Assembly (NCBI GenBank): GCA_938091905.1
Contig: CALKOM010000193.1
Location: 1-33,178 of the forward strand
Direction of reading: 5' to 3'
Length of the DNA stretch: 33,178 nucleotides
Source: an uncultured Verrucomicrobiales bacterium
GTDB taxonomy: Bacteria; Verrucomicrobiota; Verrucomicrobiia; Verrucomicrobiales; DEV007
Part shown: piece after piece, positions 27,456-33,178 of the stretch
How positions within the stretch are numbered: position 1 is the stretch's first letter
Layout of the letters: each line of letters starts with the position of its first letter
Translations under genes and position numbers: made by a program
The notes under the pieces: generated by a model
Told to the model about the DNA's origin: nothing
Seen by the model: the letters and a program-made list of their open reading frames with translations, nothing else
Database searches by the model: none

Positions 27456-30400
27456 CTAATGAAAGTCATGAGATTCCGTTCCCAAAGACGTCTTGAAAGG
27501 CATACGCGAAACATGGTGTGTGTACACTGAAGTGACATTGTCTGCATGTTGAAGACGCCCGTGAATCTTAAGAAAGGGCTCTTGAACGATAACCAATCGG
27601 TAGCGCTCAAAGATCGGTGCTGGCACAAAGGCATTCGAGACCCCAGTCTCATCTTCGAGACTGAGAAAGAGATGCCCATTGGCCGTGCTCGGCCGTTGAC
27701 GACAAATGACCAAGCCTGCCACAACGATCGATTGGCCATCTCGCCCTTGTTCTAAATCACTCGCTTTCCAGATGTTCGCCGCCTGACAGTGCTCGCGCAC
27801 ATAGGCCATGGGATGTGGTCCGGTGGTGAGTCCCAGACCAGCATAGTCCGCATCGAGGCGTTCCATGGAAGACATCGGCGGGAGTTCCGTCGTCGTGTCA
27901 TTGGCCACCTTAGCAAAAAAGTCACCCTGCACGACACGTTGCTCCGCTTTCCAAAGCGCATCTCGACGATGCTCAGCCAATCCATTGAGAGCCCCGATCT
28001 TGGCCAAGACACGACGTTCTTTCTTATTCGGGCGCACACGCGCCAAGAAATCAGGCAAGTCGTTCCAAGGCCGTTCCTGACGGAGCATGACCAAACGCTC
28101 GGCCGTACTACGGCTGAGCGCCTTCGTTTGAGAAAGTCCTAACCGAATGATATCGTCGGCCTCCACTCTACATTCGAGATTGGAATCGATCACACTCACC
28201 GGCTTAACGCGAAGGCCGTGAGCCTTCGCGTCCCTGACCAAGGTAGCTCGAGAATAGAACCCCATGGGATAGTTGTTCAACAAACTCACATAGAACTCAG
28301 CCGCTCGATGCCGTTTCAGCCACGCACTCGCATAGGCAAGCAGCGCAAAGCTAATCGCATGCGACTCTGGAAAACCATAGAGCGCGAAGGAATGAATGGC
28401 TTCTTCAATCCGCCCTTGGGTTTCCTTCGAGACGCCATTCTTATCCATCCCCGCACGCAGCTTAAGAAGCACTTTTTGCATGCGCTCTTCTGAGCGATTA
28501 AAGCTGATCGCACGGCGCAACTCTTCCGCCTCCGATCCCGAGAAATTGGCAATGGTCACTGCCATCTGCAGAACCTGTTCCTGAAAAAGCGGCACCCCTA
28601 AGGTGCGTTTGAGCACGGGCTCAAAACGCGGATCAATGTAGTCAGGCTCCTCACGCCCATTCCTTCGTTCAATGTAAGGATGCACCATATTTCCCACAAT
28701 GGGCCCTGGCCGAATGATCGCGACTTCGACTACGAGATCGTAGAACCTTCTTGGGCGCAGTCTTGGAAGCGTGGCCATCTGGGCGCGACTCTCGATCTGA
28801 AAGAGGCCGATGGTATCTGCCTTCTGAATCATGTCGTAAGTGGCAGGATCATCAGGAGGAATGGCCGCCATGCCATCGATCTCGCGTCCGTTTCCTCGTG
28901 TCCGACAAAGCTCGAAACAGTCTTGAAGTGCGGACATCATGCCGAGGCCCAGGAGATCGACTTTGATGATCCCCAGATCCTCACAATCATCCTTATCCCA
29001 CTGAGCGACCACACGGTTCGGCATGGAGGCAGGTTCTAATGGCACCACGGAATCGAGACCTTTGTCAGAAATGATCATTCCTCCTGAGTGCTGCCCAAGA
29101 TGGCGGGGCAAACCATACACCTTCTGATAGAGCGAAAGCAGCGCTGGCAGCCTTGGATGCTGTGCAGACAAGCCAGCCAGCCCGATCCGCTTGCGCAACT
29201 CACCCGTATCCGCGATGCCGTGCCCTCCATAGAGGTCTGAGAAACGTTTCAAGGTATCCTCAGGCAAATTAAGCGCCTTCCCCATCTCTCGCATGGCGCT
29301 TCGCCCACGGTAGGTGATGACATTGGCCGTCATGGCGGCACCGTTTGGGCGGAATCTCTCATAAACAGACTGGATGATAGACTCGCGTCGATCACCACTT
29401 GGCAAGTCCAGATCAATATCAGGCCAGGAATGACGCCCCTCACTGAGAAAGCGCTCAAAGAACAGTTCATGCTTTATCGCATCCGCCGCCGTGATCTCCA
29501 GGCAGTAGCACACCGCACTATTCGCCGCACTGCCACGGCCTTGCACCATGACATTCTTCTCACGGCAGGTATTCACAATATCCCAGACAATGAGAAAATA
29601 ACCGCAGAACCCCAACTTCTCGATGATGGCTAGTTCATGATCGAGCTGCTTGCGAATCTTCGACGTAATCCTGCCATAACGTTTCTTGGCTCCGATATCA
29701 GTTTGTATTCGGAGAAAGGAAGCCACCGTCTCGCCTTCTGGTGCCGGATATGTGGGAAACTGATAGCCAAGATCCCTCAAAGAGAACGTCAATCGCTCTC
29801 GCAATCGAACGGTATTCGTAATCGCCTCTGGAAGATCCGCAAAGAGACCCTTCATCTCGCTCGCACCTTTGAGATAACGTTGGGAATTGCTCGCCAAGAG
29901 AATGCCCGCTTCATCGAGATGCGTGTGATGGCGTTGACACGTAAAGGCATCGAAGACGACTCTACCACTGGGTAGAGCATAACAGGCACCATTGGTCGCC
30001 AGCAAAGGCAGGCGAAACTGTTCGGCCAACTCTCTGAGCCGACGAATCATCCATTCCTCACCACGCACGTGATGGCGCTGCACTTCGACATACACACGCT
30101 CACGGCCAAAAATCCTCACAAGACGAGCAAGGCTCGTTGCTGCCGATTCAAACTCACGTGCCGCCAAAGCGCGACGAATCGGCCCTTCTTCATCACCCGT
30201 AAGACAAACGAGCCCTTCTGCGCCTTCTTCAAGCTCACTCCAAAGCACGCGACTGTCATTCTTCAAGGCACGCAGCTTGGCTCGCGTGATGAGACGGCAG
30301 AGATTCTGATAACCTAATCGTGTCTCCGCGAGAAGCGGCACCACGCTCTCATCTTCCATCGTCAGTTCACTCCCCACGATGGCATGAAACTCAGAAATGA

Positions 30401-30575
30401 GTTCCCTCGTCGCATACTGAGCTCTAGCAGAGCCATAGACACCATCGCGATCACAGAGCCCCAGCGCAGTCATCCCCAGCGCAGCAGTTTGGCGCACGAG
30501 ATCCTCAGGCCGGGAAGCCCCACGCAAGAAACTGAGCGCACTGCGTGCATGCAGTTCAGTATAAGGTTCAGCCAT
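27456..30575 (-). CDS. dnaE2: Error-prone DNA polymerase (ImuC)
   Basis: PHP domain YTELHARSALSFL; motifs GRGSAANS, PDIDLD, PRHLGQHSGG and YGFPESHA; C-terminal SHDFH typical of DnaE2. True start is ATG 30575, overlapping the imuB stop. Confidence 0.96.
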   Translation of the reverse strand: MAEPYTELHARSALSFLRGASRPEDLVRQTAALGMTALGLCDRDGVYGSARAQYATRELISEFHAIVGSELTMEDESVVPLLAETRLGYQNLCRLITRAKLRALKNDSRVLWSELEEGAEGLVCLTGDEEGPIRRALAAREFESAATSLARLVRIFGRERVYVEVQRHHVRGEEWMIRRLRELAEQFRLPLLATNGACYALPSGRVVFDAFTCQRHHTHLDEAGILLASNSQRYLKGASEMKGLFADLPEAITNTVRLRERLTFSLRDLGYQFPTYPAPEGETVASFLRIQTDIGAKKRYGRITSKIRKQLDHELAIIEKLGFCGYFLIVWDIVNTCREKNVMVQGRGSAANSAVCYCLEITAADAIKHELFFERFLSEGRHSWPDIDLDLPSGDRRESIIQSVYERFRPNGAAMTANVITYRGRSAMREMGKALNLPEDTLKRFSDLYGGHGIADTGELRKRIGLAGLSAQHPRLPALLSLYQKVYGLPRHLGQHSGGMIISDKGLDSVVPLEPASMPNRVVAQWDKDDCEDLGIIKVDLLGLGMMSALQDCFELCRTRGNGREIDGMAAIPPDDPATYDMIQKADTIGLFQIESRAQMATLPRLRPRRFYDLVVEVAIIRPGPIVGNMVHPYIERRNGREEPDYIDPRFEPVLKRTLGVPLFQEQVLQMAVTIANFSGSEAEELRRAISFNRSEERMQKVLLKLRAGMDKNGVSKETQGRIEEAIHSFALYGFPESHAISFALLAYASAWLKRHRAAEFYVSLLNNYPMGFYSRATLVRDAKAHGLRVKPVSVIDSNLECRVEADDIIRLGLSQTKALSRSTAERLVMLRQERPWNDLPDFLARVRPNKKERRVLAKIGALNGLAEHRRDALWKAEQRVVQGDFFAKVANDTTTELPPMSSMERLDADYAGLGLTTGPHPMAYVREHCQAANIWKASDLEQGRDGQSIVVAGLVICRQRPSTANGHLFLSLEDETGVSNAFVPAPIFERYRLVIVQEPFLKIHGRLQHADNVTSVYTHHVSRMPFKTSLGTESHDFH

Positions 30576-32109
30576 AGGCACCCACCAAGATCCATTGATT
30601 CTTCTCCACTTCGGCAATGCGATAAACACCGCCATCCTCAAGCTGCACATCCCATTCCTTGAAAGCCCACAAAGCATCGTGCCACCATTCACCCGACAAA
30701 AGCCAGGGACCACGCTGCTGTGTGACCGGTCCTTGCACCTGCCCTGAAAGAATCGCGATGGGCCCCTGTTTCTCAGTCATCACCGTGATCCGCTCAGGCG
30801 GTCGAAAACGACGCAAAGGCAGGCCTAACCGAATTGTATCTGCCGCCGCCTGCCGTGCCGCTTCTAATGGAGTCGGCTTCTTCGGCCTTCGACGGCTTTG
30901 ATCCGTTCTAGAAATCTCCTGAAACGGCTTCATGACAAAGGCATCCGGACGATGCGTGGCCAGAGGCTCCGGTGTGCCAACACGATCCTCTCCTAACAAC
31001 GCCTCAAGCCGCGCCAGAGTTTCTGAGAACCGATTCGGGTCCCGCAGACTCGATTCAAAGAGCTCAAACTGATGGGCCAATGCACGCGAGGGCATTGCCT
31101 CAAGTGCCAGCAACACCATCGGCGTTTCCGCCGTGAAATTTTCTAGATACGTGTGCAGGATTCGAAAAAGCAAATCCACCTCTCTGCTAGGATCCGGCAC
31201 CCGAAAATTTCGTTCATGCGTCGTCTCGTCCTCAAAGCCCAACGTGAGATAAATCTCCCCAGCCATTAAGTGAACTGCCGCCAAGCGTGCTGCCAGTGTT
31301 TCTAGCATCCGCCGAATCACAAAAAGCAACGGCTCCAACGTTTCCACCGGATGCTCAAACTCCATTTGCTGGAGGAAGAGTGAAGGAGGCCGCACCAGCT
31401 TGAGCAGACGTCGCCGCCGACTCTGGGTGCTTTCGATCAACGCCATGACCTCGGGTCCAAGACGCTCAACCAACTCGCTCGCAGGAAGCGCACGCAGCTG
31501 TCCCAAAGTAGACACCCCCCAAAGCCGTAACACTTCTTGAAGATCTGCAGAAGGCATTAAGGCCTGAACGGGAAGCTGGTTGAGGAAAGCCACCTCCTCC
31601 ATTCCTACAGCACCCACCACAAGTACGGGCGACGCCTGCCGAGCAGCCAACAGCGCCACCCCAGGATGCGACGCAAAGCCCACTTGAGCCTGCAAACCAT
31701 GTTCCGCGAAGAGCCGCACCATCTTCTTACCCAAACGCTCGGGAGATCTGCGAGCCTCACCATTGCCTAACAAATCCAGCGTGCACACACCCGGCGCCGT
31801 CGCTTCGAAATCTGGTGTCCAGAGATCGATCCTATCCAGCAGCATTGCCTCTGCCGTCTCTTCGTCTTCAGATGAGCGATAGAGCACCTGAAGCTCGCCG
31901 CAACGCGCCTGCCCTTGAGTCGCTGTCATTCCGAGATCGACACCGGCATTCAAAGCCGCCTTCGTCGCCTGCAGAATACGCGCCTTCCCTCGATCCTTGT
32001 TCCCCTTACTGGCCTCTTCTAAAAGCACCACTGGAAGCTTCCACAACTCAGGCTGAGTTCGGAGCTGCGCTTGCAGGAAGAAGTTGGGAATGACTAGGAC
32101 ACCATACAT
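30568..32109 (-). CDS. imuB: ImuB, catalytically inactive Y-family polymerase homologue
   Basis: Motifs A..AGV..GMTATQGQAR, WGVSTLGQL, LGEDRVG, PLRRFRPP and GPWLLSGEWW; located between imuA and dnaE2. Confidence 0.9.
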   Translation of the reverse strand: MYGVLVIPNFFLQAQLRTQPELWKLPVVLLEEASKGNKDRGKARILQATKAALNAGVDLGMTATQGQARCGELQVLYRSSEDEETAEAMLLDRIDLWTPDFEATAPGVCTLDLLGNGEARRSPERLGKKMVRLFAEHGLQAQVGFASHPGVALLAARQASPVLVVGAVGMEEVAFLNQLPVQALMPSADLQEVLRLWGVSTLGQLRALPASELVERLGPEVMALIESTQSRRRRLLKLVRPPSLFLQQMEFEHPVETLEPLLFVIRRMLETLAARLAAVHLMAGEIYLTLGFEDETTHERNFRVPDPSREVDLLFRILHTYLENFTAETPMVLLALEAMPSRALAHQFELFESSLRDPNRFSETLARLEALLGEDRVGTPEPLATHRPDAFVMKPFQEISRTDQSRRRPKKPTPLEAARQAAADTIRLGLPLRRFRPPERITVMTEKQGPIAILSGQVQGPVTQQRGPWLLSGEWWHDALWAFKEWDVQLEDGGVYRIAEVEKNQWILVGAYG

Positions 32110-32116
32110 GAAACAT

Positions 32117-32773
32117 TCATCCCGTCCGCTCCGCCAACGCTCGCCCACGCAAATGACGCGTGATCATAAGGCTTAATTTATCCGTTAGTTTATCCTCTTG
32201 TTCTTCCAGGTCCTCGGTAGTAAAGGTACTGCCCAATTTCAAACGTAGGTGGGCGCTACTAATAAGCCGAGTAGGCGTTAAGACGCACAACGTCGCCCCC
32301 GTCTTCTCGATCAGGGAGCGTAAACGAAACCAGGAGCTGCTGGGTACCCGTCCAAGTTCGCGCAAAGAATTCCATTCCAGATCCATGAGCACGAAAGGCA
32401 AATTCCCATCCCGCAAGAGCAAGTCTGCCGCTCGAATCGCCTGCGCCGCTTCCACACAGCGCACCCAGAGCAGACGGCGACATGCCTCTCGGCCTAGAGA
32501 CTGCGGATCCAAGGCATCTCGCCCATCGATGAAGACCGTGTAAAGACCTTGCTCAGCGAGTCCCCGCAGCACACGCGTGAACAGCAAGGCCCCCCCCTGA
32601 CTACTTTGCTCGGCCACGGCTTCGCAAAGAACGCCTTTCTCTAAGCCAATGGCGTCCAGGGCGCTAAGCCCAGTCACCACCTTGCCGTCCCGACCGTGAG
32701 GCCGGTCGGCATGCGCTTCTGGGAACTGCTCCTTGAGCAATCCGCGTAGCTGAACGATTTTAGAGCCTTCCAA
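32117..32773 (-). CDS. imuA: ImuA-like RecA/RadA-fold protein
   Basis: Motifs VTGLSALD, FIDGRDALDP, LLWVRC and AADLLLRDGNL; degenerate Walker A; TTG start; first gene of the cassette. Confidence 0.85.
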   Translation of the reverse strand: MEGSKIVQLRGLLKEQFPEAHADRPHGRDGKVVTGLSALDAIGLEKGVLCEAVAEQSSQGGALLFTRVLRGLAEQGLYTVFIDGRDALDPQSLGREACRRLLWVRCVEAAQAIRAADLLLRDGNLPFVLMDLEWNSLRELGRVPSSSWFRLRSLIEKTGATLCVLTPTRLISSAHLRLKLGSTFTTEDLEEQEDKLTDKLSLMITRHLRGRALAERTG

Positions 32774-32779
32774 GATAAC

Positions 32780-32793
32780 TGTTCACTTGAACA
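32780..32793. promoter_or_regulatory. Verrucomicrobia-type LexA (SOS) box
   Basis: TGTTC-ACTT-GAACA, 6 bp upstream of the imuA start; exact match to TGTTC-N4-GAACA. Confidence 0.9.
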
Positions 32794-32810
32794 GTTATCT
32801 TGGACCATGA

Positions 32811-33178
32811 TCATTCGATTGCAAGGCAAAGTCGACACGATCAAAGCTGATTGCCGATCTGGAATCGGAAGCACCGATCCCGAAGAAACGACTCCGCAGC
32901 GTGGAAGCCATCGGGACTGTTGGAGCGATGTACGACCTCCCAGAAACCCTGGCTTGGTCTCGTGAACTCAACAATGAAGAAATCAGACAACAGGCTATGA
33001 TTGCCATGGCTGGTCGGTCACAAGCCAACGATCCCGTAATTACCTCTGAGATCATCAGTGAAATCGCTCCAGGCGTGAGACGCAACCAACTGATCAAAGG
33101 CCTTGTCAAAGAAATCCAGGACGACCCAGAAAGAGCCTTCCAATGGACCAGCGTGGTCGACGCACCCGAGTTGCGAAA
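32811..33178 (+). pseudogene. Fragment of an alpha-helical repeat protein (DP..A..W type); 5' end missing, runs off the window
   Basis: Open frame after TGA 32808-32810: ...YDLPETLAWSRELNNEEIRQQAM...NDPVITSEII...DDPERAFQWTSVVDAPELR. No convincing start or signal peptide. Confidence 0.5.

Noticed and set aside
30576..30713. 46-aa N-terminal extension of DnaE2 in the ORF track (similar extensions for imuB, TBDR, SDR, sulfatase and the repeat protein)
   Set aside because: The extension overlaps the neighbouring gene or promoter; family similarity or the signal peptide begins at the downstream ATG.
32795..33109. 104-aa minus-strand ORF as an extra gene (e.g. lexA) of the SOS cassette
   Set aside because: No LexA motifs; it is the antisense shadow of the plus-strand helical-repeat fragment.

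Overview
Bacterial chromosomal window, very probably Verrucomicrobiales. The assignment rests on a TGTTC-N4-GAACA LexA box, lamin-tail/CotH, sulfatase and BlaI genes, and Verrucomicrobia-type C-terminal and helical-repeat motifs. Intact genes: pit, a FecA-like TonB-dependent receptor, an SDR plus FAH pair, dusB, a coiled-coil protein, acs, trpA-dapF-dapA-dapB-folK, an alpha/beta hydrolase, divergent fbaA and pfp, a sulfatase, a secreted four-repeat beta protein, and the SOS cassette imuA-imuB-dnaE2. Reading the gaps by hand shows several things the ORF track misses. (1) An IS1182 left end is inserted at CTAG into the DUF47 gene upstream of pit. (2) Three copies of a 23-bp palindromic operator lie between the iron receptor and a divergent, probably leaderless 60-aa Cys-rich protein. 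This is the best candidate for an undescribed module. (3) A perfect 36-bp palindrome built around the LexA box overlaps the imuA start. (4) About seven pseudogenes or remnants are present, including an IS200/IS605 tnpA lacking its HUH motif and a convergent CotH and Gfo/Idh/MocA pair joined by a deletion, which points to ongoing genome erosion. (5) REP-like hairpins and repeated leaderless-type promoters occur throughout. No rRNA, tRNA or CRISPR array was seen. All calls come from motif recognition; no database searches were run.
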